DNA from: Alphaproteobacteria bacterium
GTDB taxonomy: Bacteria > Pseudomonadota > Alphaproteobacteria > SP197
Reading direction: 5' to 3'
DNA length: 64,000 bases
Assembly: GCA_964291265.2 (NCBI GenBank)
Contig: OZ219747.1
Location: forward strand, 1 to 64,000
This document shows positions 43,440 to 53,579 of this stretch, one piece after another. A program made the position numbers and the translations under genes. Each line of letters opens with the position of its first letter. The stretch's first letter is position 1. Below the pieces are notes generated by a model. It did not search any database. It had not been told where the DNA came from and saw only the letters and a program-made list of their open reading frames with translations.

Positions 43440-43880
43440 GCGAGCGGGTCGCCGATCGTGATCATGCCGTGGTTGGCCAGAACCTGGCCCTGCCCGCCTT
43501 GCTGATCCGCCCGTATAAGGTGATGCGGATCCTGCACGTGACCGGTTGGCGCTGGCGGGAGAGGGGAACATCCAAGCGCGCCCCGGGGGCAGGTCGCCAG
43601 AAGGTTCGGGCGGCTCGTCTCAAGTCGAAACATCCGAGCGCCTGGGGGCAGGTCGTCGGCCGAGAATGATCCGGAGCTGGCGCTTGACCGGTCGCTCCAG
43701 AAGCACGCCTGCCCCGGATTCCTCGACGCGGAACGTCGGCGCTTCCCTGTCGATCCGGTCCCGGCACAGGGTCAGGATCTCCTCGCGGCGCATGCCGGTG
43801 CAGGGCCCGGACCGGAGGGCGTCGCGGATCGGGGGGTTGTGCGCCTCGGCCTCGATAGCGGCCCGGCAGCACCTCCGGAA
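43440..43880 (-). pseudogene. Tyrosine recombinase/integrase remnant
   Basis: Minus-strand frame reads IRDAL...TGMRREEILTL..DRID; downstream FPSP..TGHVQDPHHL fragments lie in other frames. Confidence 0.6.
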
Positions 43881-44152
43881 AGATCATCTTCAACGACATG
43901 ACGGCGCTCTGCTTCGCAGCGGCCGCGCAAGACATCTGTCAGAACTCGCAGGTTGCCCTCCTCTCGCGGCGTGCCGGTGTCCCCTGCTCGCCTCAGGTTC
44001 GACCGCCGTCCGAGGACGCATCAAGGTCGCTGAGCTCTCGCACACGCTCGATCCAGGGGCGCATCAGGCGGTCCGTGCCCCCCAAGCTCGCGAGCATCCA
44101 GTGGGCCCCTCCAGTGCCGGCGCGCAGGATGGAGCGTTGGCAGGAGACCGGT

Positions 44153-45068
44153 TCAGGTTTCCGATGACTTGCGGTGACAGGCGTCGACGTGAGCATGGCG
44201 CAGCGCTTCAGCGCATGCCTGACGATCATCCCTGCGTTCGGTGTTCGTCAGATCGCGGCCGAGGCGATGACGAAGACCGACAAGAGTTCGGCGATCGATA
44301 TCGGAATGGATGCGCCCCGGGTTGGTGTCGGTGAATTGCGCATGTCTCGCCAGATCGGAAGCGGAAAGTGTCTCGATCAAATGTCTCACCTCGACGGCTA
44401 CGGTTTCCTGGAATGTGCCGGAGGCCGAAAGGGGCTCGCTCGCTTAACGGCCGTCGGTCCGCCGCAAGCAGACTGTCGGTTTCGGGAGTGACCGATGCCG
44501 ACTGAACAGGACAATCCGCAGCTGTGTCGTCGCATCGCATCCATCTGCCGACGACCGTTTCGTCCCATTCGTGGCAGGTGTCGGCCTCCATCATCAAGCC
44601 GTCTGACTGGGAGCCTCTGGCCGGCTTGATGCCGAGCAGGTGGATCCGCACCAGAAGGTCTGCGCGACCTGAACGCCGATCTTGATGTCCTCGTCGCCGG
44701 AGAGGATCAGGGCATCAGTGATCGCACGGTTTCGTGCGAGCTCGATCAGATCCGTGACGATGAGCGAATCCACCCCTTTCCGCTGGCCGCGGCTGTTGAT
44801 CAACCCGAGACGCAACTTGGTATTCGCGGACTGACCGATCAAGTCCTGCTCAAGGCTTGGACGGTTGCTGATGAGAACGCCATCTTGACCAGTAGATGCG
44901 AAGCAAACGGGCACCGGAAGCGACGGTGCGGGCGGTCTCGGCCAATTGGTCGAGCGCTTCCTTTTCCGAAAATCGTATCGAATCCCGATCCAGTCTTTTC
45001 CCCTCAAGCAGGGTAGACCCCTGTGCATACAGGTCGCCAGCGTCCACGAAGACGGCGACCTGCGGCAT
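44153..45068 (-). pseudogene. NYN (LabA/DUF88) domain protein, frameshifted
   Basis: VAVFVDAG, RKGVDSLIVTDL, ILSGDED and SQSDGLMMEAD spread over several frames. Confidence 0.8.
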
Positions 45069-45499
45069 GGCGATGCCTCCGATGACGCAATGGGGCACCC
45101 GAGGGTGCCCCAAAATAGACGCGGGAGACGTTTCCTAACCGCCTTCCCACGGTCCCAGTGTACTGCGACAACCAGGTTCAAGTTGCATGCATGCGTGGCG
45201 GTTTCCCGGTGCGCGTCGTTGCACTGCTTCCTGTGGCCCGGCGGCCCCATGGCGAACGCGTTGGGATGACCGCACAGGAGACCGACACCACGATACGCAT
45301 ACCGGACCATTCCCGGCCGATGCGGCCGTTCCGTGCGTCGCGGTTGCATCACGCTGTTCGAGGCACCGGGCATCGCCACCGAGGACATCATCGGTCAGCG
45401 CCTCCCGCACTCCTGCCGGGAGAGCCCCTTCCCTCCGGGAAGCAGTGACGACGACCACAGCCGCTCTGGCGGTGGATCGTGCCCGGCCGATGGCGGTGT

Positions 45500-45810
45500 C
45501 GATCCCATGCCGCAGATCCGATCGCTTGGTGAGTTCCGGAGACCTCCGGATGAAGCGTGTGAAGGATGCGCCGAAACGCCGGGCTTGGACGCGCTGGCGG
45601 GGGCTGGACTCGGGATCAGCAAACCTGTCGCGGTGGTCGACATGCCAGCCAAGGGCGAGGATGCCGTCGCGGCGGCGGACTTCGAAGCGGCCCTCGTCGG
45701 CCGGTAGGCATGAACTGCAGCCCTCGGGCGTGAAGAACTCGACGAGCGGCTCCGGCGCACCCGCCGAAGGCGAACGCCATGGCGAGGATGGCGGACAACG
45801 GTACCCTCAT
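45500..45810 (-). pseudogene. DUF1223 (thioredoxin-like) pseudogene
   Basis: LVEFFTPEGCSSCLPAD...ILALGWHVD, out of frame with its signal peptide. Confidence 0.65.
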
Positions 45811-46997
45811 GGCGCGCCGAAGGGAGACGGATCCCTGTGTCGCCACCATTCCCGGGCGGCGAAGGGCACGAAGACGGCACAGAACAGGACGAGGGCGACA
45901 ACCATACCGGAGGGTCCGAGGATTCCGTTGATGATGCCGACGACAGGCGGGCCGGCAAGACTGCCGAGGCTCCACATCAGCGTGAATATGGTGATCGCCG
46001 ATGCCAGCGCCGTGCCGCGGTAGAAACTGCCGATCATGGCCAGGGCCACGACATAGAGGCCGCTGGTCAGGCCGCCGATGAGGAAGAAGAAGAGGTAGTC
46101 GATCCACGGCAGGTGCACCACCAGTTCGAGACAGGCGAAGCCGAAAACGGCAACGAGCAGCAGCAGGAGACCGACGAGGCGCCGGTCGCCCCGGTCGACC
46201 AGCCAGCCGATTGGCAACTGCAGGGCGACCGCCCCGGCAGCACAGAAAGACAGCTGATGGTAGGCGCGCTCCACATCGTAGTGCGTGTCGACGGCATAGA
46301 CCGGCAGAAAGGTCCACAGAGCCATGAAGGTGAGGGCGTATGAAAGATTGAGCAGCATGGGCAACGGCGTCTGGCGCATCGGTTTCAGGAGGGCGCGGAT
46401 CGAGGGGCGCGTGTGATCTCCAGGCATGATCGGCGCCAGACGCCGGGCGAGAATGACAGGCACGGTTGCCACCGCCATCAGCAGTGCTGCGAGAATGAAC
46501 GGCAGATTTCCGGTATGCCCCGCCCAGGCGAGAATCACCGGGCCGACCGCCACGCCCAGACCGAAACAGGAATTGTAGATGGCGAGGATCCGTCCCCTGA
46601 CGGCATCGGGCGCGGCCGCGGTGATCCATACCTCTCCGGCAACCCACGACGCCAGGCCAACGGCTCCCATGATCAGGCGGATGGCGGTCCAGCCGGTGAA
46701 CCCGGGAACCAGGATGCAGGCAAGGTAGAGAAGGCCCTCGAGGATGCCGGCCATGATCATGGCCCGCGCCAGGCCCCAGCGCGCCAGGACCAGTGCTGCC
46801 AGCGGCGCCATGAGGAAGGGGCCGACCGCGTTGGCGGCGGCGTTGATGCCGATGAGCTCGTCGCTGTATCCCATGACATCAAGACGCGTGGAGAAGAGCG
46901 GCGAGTTGAATCCAGCGATCATGGCGATGACGGTCATGCCGCAGATGATCGCGGTCAGGCTTGCCAGGGGAATGGCCTTGATGACGTCCGAACTCAT
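45807..46997 (-). CDS. MFS transporter
   Basis: About 12 hydrophobic segments, RGRILAIY, PIGWLVDRGDRR. Confidence 0.92.
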   Translation of the reverse strand: MSSDVIKAIPLASLTAIICGMTVIAMIAGFNSPLFSTRLDVMGYSDELIGINAAANAVGPFLMAPLAALVLARWGLARAMIMAGILEGLLYLACILVPGFTGWTAIRLIMGAVGLASWVAGEVWITAAAPDAVRGRILAIYNSCFGLGVAVGPVILAWAGHTGNLPFILAALLMAVATVPVILARRLAPIMPGDHTRPSIRALLKPMRQTPLPMLLNLSYALTFMALWTFLPVYAVDTHYDVERAYHQLSFCAAGAVALQLPIGWLVDRGDRRLVGLLLLLVAVFGFACLELVVHLPWIDYLFFFLIGGLTSGLYVVALAMIGSFYRGTALASAITIFTLMWSLGSLAGPPVVGIINGILGPSGMVVALVLFCAVFVPFAAREWWRHRDPSPFGAP

Positions 46998-47152
46998 CCT
47001 TCACCCCGGGCAGCCTGACGGTGTGCAAACCCGCACACCTTTCGAGTATGGAGCATGCACCTGAGCGCCTTCAGGCAGATTGATGATGCGTTGATCGGGC
47101 AATTTAGTGGACATGAGCTTTCGCGCTGCGCTTGGTTTGCGGTTCTTGAAGG

Positions 47153-48016
47153 CTACTTGGAAGGGAAGGCTGGTGTTCGTGCCTTGAGGACGTCGTTCCA
47201 GTCTTTGTGTCCGTCTGGGGGTCTCATGCGGAGAGCTCTTGGGTCTTGGCTGACGAGGCGCTCGGCGGCCTGTTCTCCGACGGGATCGGCGTCGAAGGCG
47301 ACGAGGATGCGCTTTGGCGTCCAGGCTTCGGCCCATGTTGGGAGACGGTAAGCGATGCCGGCGGTTGACAGGATCACGGTAGCGGATTGCCGACATTCCT
47401 TGAGGCACCATGCGGAGAGGGCGTCGATGGCGCTTTCGGTGATGATGATGGTGCGTGGCATGGAGCGGTCCACGGGGATCCAGAAGCTGCCGGCGGCCTT
47501 GCGTGATCCTCGCGCCATGGCTCTGTACTGCTTTCCGTCTGCGTTGGGGACGGTACCGACGATCTCGGCGCCGGAGAGGTCTCTTTGTGCGTTGGTGCAT
47601 GTGAAGACGGCGTTTCTGCGTTCGTCGGCGGCGACGAGGCCGTGCTGTCGGCAAGCGTCCAGGCAACGGTCTGGCAGGCGGCGGTCATGGGCGAGGTAGT
47701 GGCGTACGGCGTGCCAGGTTTCCTCGCAGTGCGTTGGTGTTCTCGGCCCCTTGCCGCCGGAGCGTGCGGTGAGGAGTGCGACGGCGTCGTTGAAGCTGCA
47801 GCGGTGTGCATGCATGACGAGATCGATGGCGCCGCCACCGCCGGACTGGGTGATGTGGTCGAACCAGCGTTGTCGGTTGACGCTGATGACGGATCCGTGG
47901 CGCTTGAAGCGTCGCGGGTCGCGCGGGTCTCTTCGGTAGCCGAGCCGCAGGGCGAGTGGTTCGAGGGGCTGGTTGCGGATGTCATCGAGATGCTGATTGT
48001 CCCAGGACCGGATCAT
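47153..48016 (-). CDS. DUF3991/toprim-domain primase-like protein
   Basis: WFDH..GGGGAIDLVMH...FNDAV, YL..R, ITESAIDALS, VAFDADPVG, KDWND. Confidence 0.8.
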   Translation of the reverse strand: MIRSWDNQHLDDIRNQPLEPLALRLGYRRDPRDPRRFKRHGSVISVNRQRWFDHITQSGGGGAIDLVMHAHRCSFNDAVALLTARSGGKGPRTPTHCEETWHAVRHYLAHDRRLPDRCLDACRQHGLVAADERRNAVFTCTNAQRDLSGAEIVGTVPNADGKQYRAMARGSRKAAGSFWIPVDRSMPRTIIITESAIDALSAWCLKECRQSATVILSTAGIAYRLPTWAEAWTPKRILVAFDADPVGEQAAERLVSQDPRALRMRPPDGHKDWNDVLKARTPAFPSK

Positions 48017-48051
48017 GGTCTGTCGAGCCTCCTGCGTGGTGGACGGGGGGT

Positions 48052-48113
48052 GGTTCCCGTTGGCGGTTCCCACCTGAACTCCCAGGGTGAACGGGAACCG
48101 GGAACCGGGAACC
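48052..48113. repeat. Heptamer cluster: GGTTCCC x2 facing tandem (GGGAACC)3
   Basis: GGTTCCC at 48052 and 48065; GGGAACC at 48093, 48100 and 48107. Confidence 0.7.
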
Positions 48114-48150
48114 GCCTGGCGTCGGGGCGTTTTGCGCCTGGTTGTTGCGG

Positions 48151-49098
48151 TCAGGCTTTGGCGACGCGATAGGCACCGGGACCGTCCTGTGCGACACGTC
48201 CTTCCTGGACGAGCTTGGCTAGAAGCGTGGCGACGGTCGTGTTCCGTGTTGGGACGCGGTCCCGGACCTGGCGCAGCGAGAGCGGGGCATCGGCGTCGGC
48301 GAGGACCTGGACGATGCGCTGTTCGGGGGTTGGCGGCTGCGGCCTGGCGCCGTCGGGTTCCTGTTGCCGCAGCTGCAGGGCGGCTCCGTTGCCGCTGTCG
48401 GTGAGTTCGATGTCGAGATCGGCGAGTCCGGGTGCGGCGCGGTGTTCGACGGTCATGAGGATGGTTTCGTGGCGGCGCCGCAGGTAGAGGTTGCTGTCGC
48501 CCCATGCGTGCAGCTCGCTGCTTCCGCGCAAGGCCTGTCCGGGCCGGCTGGCGGCGCTCTTGCGTGCGTGGTGGACGAGCAGCACGGCGGCGCCGGAGTG
48601 TCGCTGCACGTCGCGCAGGAAGCCGAGGATCGGCGCGATCTCGGCGACGGCGTTTTCATCGACGCCGTGCAGGCGGACGAGGGGGTCGAGGATGAGCAGG
48701 CGGGAGCCGTGACGCTCGACGGTCTCGAGCAGGCTCTGGCGGTCGGTTGGGTGGTCGAGGCGCAGTGCGGGGACGTCGATGACGGCGATGTCGAGGGTGT
48801 CGAAGTCGGCGCCGGCTGCGGCGGCGATGCCCTGGAGGCGGCGTCGCACGATGTGGCCGGCGTCCTCGGCGGCGAACATGAGCACCGGTCCGGGGTGCAC
48901 GGCCGGGAAGCGGCGCAGACAGGGGACGCCGGCGGCGACGGCGACGGCGAGATCGAGGGCGAGGAAGGACTTTCCGCACTTGGGTTCGCCGCCGATGATG
49001 CCGACGGCCTCGCGGCCCCACAGGCTGTCGACGAGCCACTGCCCCTCGGTTGGCCGGTCCTCGAGTTCGGCCGGGCTGCGGGTTGGCAGGCCGATCAT
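48151..49098 (-). CDS. AAA_25 / RepA-like (RecA-fold) ATPase, putative helicase
   Basis: WLVDSL, GGEPKCGKS, LLILDPL, LVHHARK, RGSSELH; C-terminal HTH-like segment. Confidence 0.85.
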   Translation of the reverse strand: MIGLPTRSPAELEDRPTEGQWLVDSLWGREAVGIIGGEPKCGKSFLALDLAVAVAAGVPCLRRFPAVHPGPVLMFAAEDAGHIVRRRLQGIAAAAGADFDTLDIAVIDVPALRLDHPTDRQSLLETVERHGSRLLILDPLVRLHGVDENAVAEIAPILGFLRDVQRHSGAAVLLVHHARKSAASRPGQALRGSSELHAWGDSNLYLRRRHETILMTVEHRAAPGLADLDIELTDSGNGAALQLRQQEPDGARPQPPTPEQRIVQVLADADAPLSLRQVRDRVPTRNTTVATLLAKLVQEGRVAQDGPGAYRVAKA

Positions 49099-49925
49099 CG
49101 TGTGCGCCTCGGCGGGATGGGTTCGCCCCAGGTTTCGAGGAAGAGCTTTTCGTCGAGCACCTCGCGGTCGGTGTCGAGGGCGACAGCGAGGAGGTTGTCG
49201 GCGAGGATGGTCAGGGAGCGCGGATTGCCGTCTGCATGGACGACGAGGGTCTCCTTGAGGCCGGGGGTCATGAGGCCTGGATTGCCGGCGGCGTCGAGCA
49301 GGTGGTCGAGCAGGCGGAGCAGTTCGTCGGGTTCGCAGCGCGTCATGACGAGGCGTTGACGGACCCGCGAGGCGACGGCTTGCAGGTCGGGGCTGTGCAG
49401 CTTGGCGAGCAGGCGGCTGTCGCCGGCCAGGACGACGCTGAGGATGGCGCGCGAGTCGAACTCCGTGGAGGCGAGCAGGCGCAGTTCGGTGAGCACGGCC
49501 TGCGGCATCTCCTGGGCCTCGTCGACGAGCAGGACCGGGCGCATGCGGGTGTCCTCGAGATGGGTGAGCCAGCACTCGCGCAAGGCCTTGAAGCCGGCCC
49601 AGAGGTTCCGGCGCAGGGTCGTGATGCCGAAGAGGTCGGTCATCTCGCGGTAGAAGTCTGCGGTGCTCGACGAGGGATGGGCGAGCACGGCGACGTCGAG
49701 GCCCTCCGCGGTCTCGAGACGCTCGTCGAGCAGGCGCAGGGCGACGCTCTTGCCGGTGCCATGCTCGCCGGCCACCACGGCGAAGCCGCCCTGGCGCACG
49801 AGCTGACGCTCGATCCTGCGGCAGAAGCTGTCGATCGCGGGCGTTGCGAGAAGGCCCTCGACCGGCAGGTCGGCGGCGAAGGGGTTCCACTTGAGGCCGT
49901 AATGGGTGAGGTGTTGGCGGTTCAT
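49095..49925 (-). CDS. ExeA-like AAA ATPase (transposition helper)
   Basis: YGLKWNPF, GEHGTGKS, LLVDEAQ, GNPR; ATGA overlaps at both ends. Confidence 0.88.
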   Translation of the reverse strand: MNRQHLTHYGLKWNPFAADLPVEGLLATPAIDSFCRRIERQLVRQGGFAVVAGEHGTGKSVALRLLDERLETAEGLDVAVLAHPSSSTADFYREMTDLFGITTLRRNLWAGFKALRECWLTHLEDTRMRPVLLVDEAQEMPQAVLTELRLLASTEFDSRAILSVVLAGDSRLLAKLHSPDLQAVASRVRQRLVMTRCEPDELLRLLDHLLDAAGNPGLMTPGLKETLVVHADGNPRSLTILADNLLAVALDTDREVLDEKLFLETWGEPIPPRRTR

Positions 49926-51439
49926 GACATGTCTCCCTGATCGTTGTTGTCCTTGCCTTCGTCGTTCGGGCCGGCCTCCTTGCCGAAGGGCAACCATGCC
50001 GGGGGCAGGCCGGTGGCGTCCTGCTCGTCGCGGAGGCGCTTGAGCAGCGGCGCCGGCCCGGTCTGTGGCTTCACCTCGTCGTCTTCTCTCCGGCGCCCGG
50101 TCCGGCGGCGGAGCCCCTCGGCGTTGCGAGACTTGTCCACCGGACGCAGGGTCGAGATGCGGTCCCCGGTGCGGCCGTCGACCATGTCGATGCCGGAGAG
50201 GTCCCAGCGGGCGACGCGCAGGTCGATCTCGCGCAGGTGGCGCCACGGCGCCGGCAGTTGATAGCGGACACTCGCCACCGTCACCGTGGCGTCGGAGCGT
50301 CGCACCTTGCGACGCACCTTGATGCGGAAGGCGGCCCGGAGTTCGCTGCTGTCCGGGCATGTCCGCGAGGCGTCCTCGCTGTCGATCACGCGCCTGAGCG
50401 GCGTGACCCCCGTCTCGCGGTGTACGCGGCGGTGATACTCGCGCTCGAACCAGATGACGGTGGCGTCGTTCAGGTCCTGCAGGGTCAGGGTCTCGACGTT
50501 CTCGAGCATCGCCATCAGGCGGCCCTCGACCTGGGCGAACAGCACCTCCTGCTTGCCGTTCTGGTACGGGCTGCGGACAAGCGTGTGGTGGTGCAGCACG
50601 CCGAGGGCGTGCAGTCCCTCCTGCACCTCCCCGGCCGTCATCGCCGATCCGTTGTCGGTCAGAAGGGACCGCGGCAGCCCTCGCTTCATGAAGGCCTGGC
50701 TGATGCCGTGAACGAAGATCTCCGTGGTCTCCCCGAGATACCACTGCATGTGGCAGACGAGACGCGAATGGTCGTCGATGAAGCTGAGCAGGATCGGCGT
50801 CCTCCACTCCCCGGACGGCGTCAGCACGCGACAGGTCCGCGCATGGTGGAAGTCGGCGTGCCACAGGGCATGGCTGCGCGAGACCTCGTAGCTCAGCACC
50901 TCGCGCCCCTCGACCGCAGGCCGCTCCGCTTCACCACCGAACTTCCGCTGCCGCCGCCGCCGCTCCAGGCCCGCCGAACGCATGACCCGGGTCAGCGTCG
51001 CATAGGACGGCATCGGCCCGAGCGAAGGGTCGGCCTCGACCAGCGCGCAAAGGTTGTCGTGGTGGAGCTGAACCGACCACGTGGGGTGCGCCCTGTACTG
51101 GTCGCGCAAGGCCGCCATCAGCAGGGGCGAGACGCTCCGCGCACGACCGGCGTCGCAGCGCACCCGACGGCGCAGCGCCCGCACCGGATCCCGGTCGGCC
51201 GACCGCGCCTTGTAGTACCAGCGCTCGATCGTCGACACCGAGAACCGGATCGTGCCGCCCCTGACGGGATGCTCCCAGTCCCGCCGCGACAGCCGTTGAA
51301 GCTCGGCCCGCAGACCCCCCTTCGGCGGCGGCGACGCCAGCAGCGGGCCAACCACCGCAAAGCGCAGCCGCGTCCAGGCGTCCCCGGCGTCCGCTTCGTC
51401 CTTCGTCACCACGACAGCCTTCCTCCCTCGTCGTCCCAT
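49922..51439 (-). CDS. DDE integrase/transposase (rve domain, Mu-like C-terminus)
   Basis: LWHADF, IDDHSR, TDNGS, PYQNGKQE, HRETGVTP. Confidence 0.9.
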   Translation of the reverse strand: MGRRGRKAVVVTKDEADAGDAWTRLRFAVVGPLLASPPPKGGLRAELQRLSRRDWEHPVRGGTIRFSVSTIERWYYKARSADRDPVRALRRRVRCDAGRARSVSPLLMAALRDQYRAHPTWSVQLHHDNLCALVEADPSLGPMPSYATLTRVMRSAGLERRRRQRKFGGEAERPAVEGREVLSYEVSRSHALWHADFHHARTCRVLTPSGEWRTPILLSFIDDHSRLVCHMQWYLGETTEIFVHGISQAFMKRGLPRSLLTDNGSAMTAGEVQEGLHALGVLHHHTLVRSPYQNGKQEVLFAQVEGRLMAMLENVETLTLQDLNDATVIWFEREYHRRVHRETGVTPLRRVIDSEDASRTCPDSSELRAAFRIKVRRKVRRSDATVTVASVRYQLPAPWRHLREIDLRVARWDLSGIDMVDGRTGDRISTLRPVDKSRNAEGLRRRTGRRREDDEVKPQTGPAPLLKRLRDEQDATGLPPAWLPFGKEAGPNDEGKDNNDQGDMS

Positions 51440-51461
51440 GGGAGGAAGGCCCTATACGGTC

Positions 51462-52076
51462 CTATGTCATCGCACTACAGGCACTCTCTGCGGGCGGCGA
51501 CAGACCATCGACGATCCTGCAGAAGCCGGTCCACGGCATGAGCCAGACCAGGCTCCGCAGAAGGCGCGATCGAAACGATCCGCCGCGCATCAAGCGCACC
51601 AGGGCCACAAGCGGAGGCTCGTCCGCCTCCACCGCCAGATCGCCACGTTTCCAGCGCCACGCCGCCGTCGCCGGGAACCTCTCCCGCCACCATCGACGCC
51701 ACCGGCCAAGCGTCCTCTCCGGGATGCCAGACATGCGGCTCGCCTTCGCCAGGGGAACACTGCCGCACAGAACCAGGAGGCTCGCAGCCAGGTATACCGG
51801 CGCCGCACGGAACCTCCGGCCGAAGAAGCGCACCGAGGGCGGAGTCGTCCGGCTCCTGCACTCAGCACAGCAGAAGCTGAAACGGCGGTTGTCGCCGCGA
51901 AGAGCAGGCGCAAGCGCGTGCGGCTTGCGCGGATACCGCGCGCTGTGAAGACGACCGCCGCAATGCGGGCATCCCTCCAGGCGGCAGCGCTCCGCCTCGG
52001 CCGCATCAATCCTCTCAAGGAGAGGCCAGACATGAGCGCAGGAAAGTATGGGACCCGGGAAGGAAACGTGCGACAT
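51462..52076 (-). CDS. Cys-rich (Zn-finger-like) transposon-associated protein
   Basis: GGAGG RBS; CPHCGG..RYPRKP, FCCAEC..TTPPSVRF, RTLGRWRRWW. Confidence 0.7.
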   Translation of the reverse strand: MSHVSFPGPILSCAHVWPLLERIDAAEAERCRLEGCPHCGGRLHSARYPRKPHALAPALRGDNRRFSFCCAECRSRTTPPSVRFFGRRFRAAPVYLAASLLVLCGSVPLAKASRMSGIPERTLGRWRRWWRERFPATAAWRWKRGDLAVEADEPPLVALVRLMRGGSFRSRLLRSLVWLMPWTGFCRIVDGLSPPAESACSAMT

Positions 52077-52113
52077 TGACTGGCCTCCGGTGATCTCACC
52101 GTCACGGAGACAA

Positions 52114-52150
52114 GCCCCTCGGCCGACTTCTTGCAAGTCGGTCGAGGGGC
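52114..52150. promoter_or_regulatory. 16-bp stem hairpin near the element's 5' end
   Basis: GCCCCTCGGCCGACTT / AAGTCGGTCGAGGGGC, one mismatch. Confidence 0.5.
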
Positions 52151-52286
52151 AATCACCCCAGACCAGCAGACAATTCAAGCAAAACCGACGGAATCCACGT
52201 CAAAAATCGCGCAAACGCTTAGCACCCTATACCCCTGGCCTGCCATGGCTCCATGGCGCAGGACGAATCACCTGGAGAGGAATGCA

Positions 52287-53153
52287 GTGAGCGAACGCGC
52301 CAGGGGACTGACGATCACCACACTGGCCATGCTGGTGATCACGCCCGATGTCCTGCTGATACGACTGATCGACACCGATCCCTGGACACTGGCCTTCTGG
52401 CGCGGGCTCCTGTCCGCCGCCGGACTCGTCGTCGGGCTCATGGCCGTCTACCGTCGCCGAGCTGTGGAGGTCATGCTGGCGCCCGGTGTTTCAGGTCTCG
52501 TGATCGGCATCCTCTTCGGCGTCGGCACCGTCGCCTTTGTCTGGGCCATCACCCATACCTCGGCTGCCAGCGCCCTGCTGATCATCGCCACCGGCAGCAT
52601 GTTCGGTGCGGCGTTTTCCTGGCTTCTCATGCGCGAAAGGCTGCCGATCCACACCATCGGCGCAATGATCGGGACCTTCGCCGGACTGCTGATCATCGTC
52701 TCCGGGGAAGCCGGCGCCGGCTCCTCCCTGGAGGGCGATCTTTCCGCCCTCGTTGTGGCCGCGCTCTCGGGCCTGACCTTCGCCCTCATCCGCAAACACA
52801 GGATGACGGACATGGTTCCCACCCTGGCCATCGGCGGTCTCGTCACAGCGACCATCGCCGCGGCCGTCTCCTTGCCGGTGGCCGTCGGCACGGGAGATGC
52901 CCGCCTGATCGCCGTCATGGGGTTCATCATGCTCCCTCTTGCCTTCGCCCTGCAGTTCATCGGCGCCCGCTACATTCCGGCCCCGGAAGTCCTGCTCCTC
53001 TTCCTGCTGGAGGCGGTCCTGGCGCCCGTTCTCGTGTGGGCGGTGATCGGTGAGGAACCCGCCGGCACCACACTCCTGGGCGGACTGGTGATTCTTGCCA
53101 CACTGGCCTCGCACGCCGTCTGGAGCCTGCGCTGCAAGGTCCTGTCCGGATGA
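52287..53153 (+). CDS. DMT (EamA) family transporter
   Basis: About 10 TM segments, FSWLLMRERL, LEAVLAPVLVWAVIGEEP. Confidence 0.9.
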   Translation: MSERARGLTITTLAMLVITPDVLLIRLIDTDPWTLAFWRGLLSAAGLVVGLMAVYRRRAVEVMLAPGVSGLVIGILFGVGTVAFVWAITHTSAASALLIIATGSMFGAAFSWLLMRERLPIHTIGAMIGTFAGLLIIVSGEAGAGSSLEGDLSALVVAALSGLTFALIRKHRMTDMVPTLAIGGLVTATIAAAVSLPVAVGTGDARLIAVMGFIMLPLAFALQFIGARYIPAPEVLLLFLLEAVLAPVLVWAVIGEEPAGTTLLGGLVILATLASHAVWSLRCKVLSG

Positions 53154-53579
53154 CCCGACCGGCGTTGTCAATCGGAACCGACGGGACACCATCAGCAAGA
53201 CAGGTCCGCGGAACGTCCGGACGTGTGACTGAATCCCGCTCAAGTCCATGCCATGGTCCTGCAACATGGCAAGGGCCGGCCGGCTCACGCCACGGTGGCT
53301 TGCGAGGGCGTCCATGCTCCGGGGTGACGCGTCGGAGTCTTGTCGAATGGGGCAAGGCAGTCACAACCGGCATCCGGCGATGCCCGGAGAGTCATGCAAT
53401 CGGGCAAGCCCGGCACCACCAGCCGCCTGGCGCGACACGACACTGCCGACTCGACCCGCCTCCTCCATCACCACGTCACGCGACGCCAGCAATCCCTCGA
53501 TGGCGGGCACGATGTCTCTGCGGGACATCCCGCAGGCGCGTTCAAGCGCCCGGATCATTTCCCCAGGTACGTCACGGCG

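Larger units (their letters stand above)
47080..52178 (-). mobile_element. Five-gene transposon-like element (ends uncertain)
   Basis: Co-oriented Cys-rich ORF, DDE integrase, ExeA-like ATPase, RepA-like ATPase and toprim primase, lying between divergent MFS and DMT genes. Confidence 0.7.
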
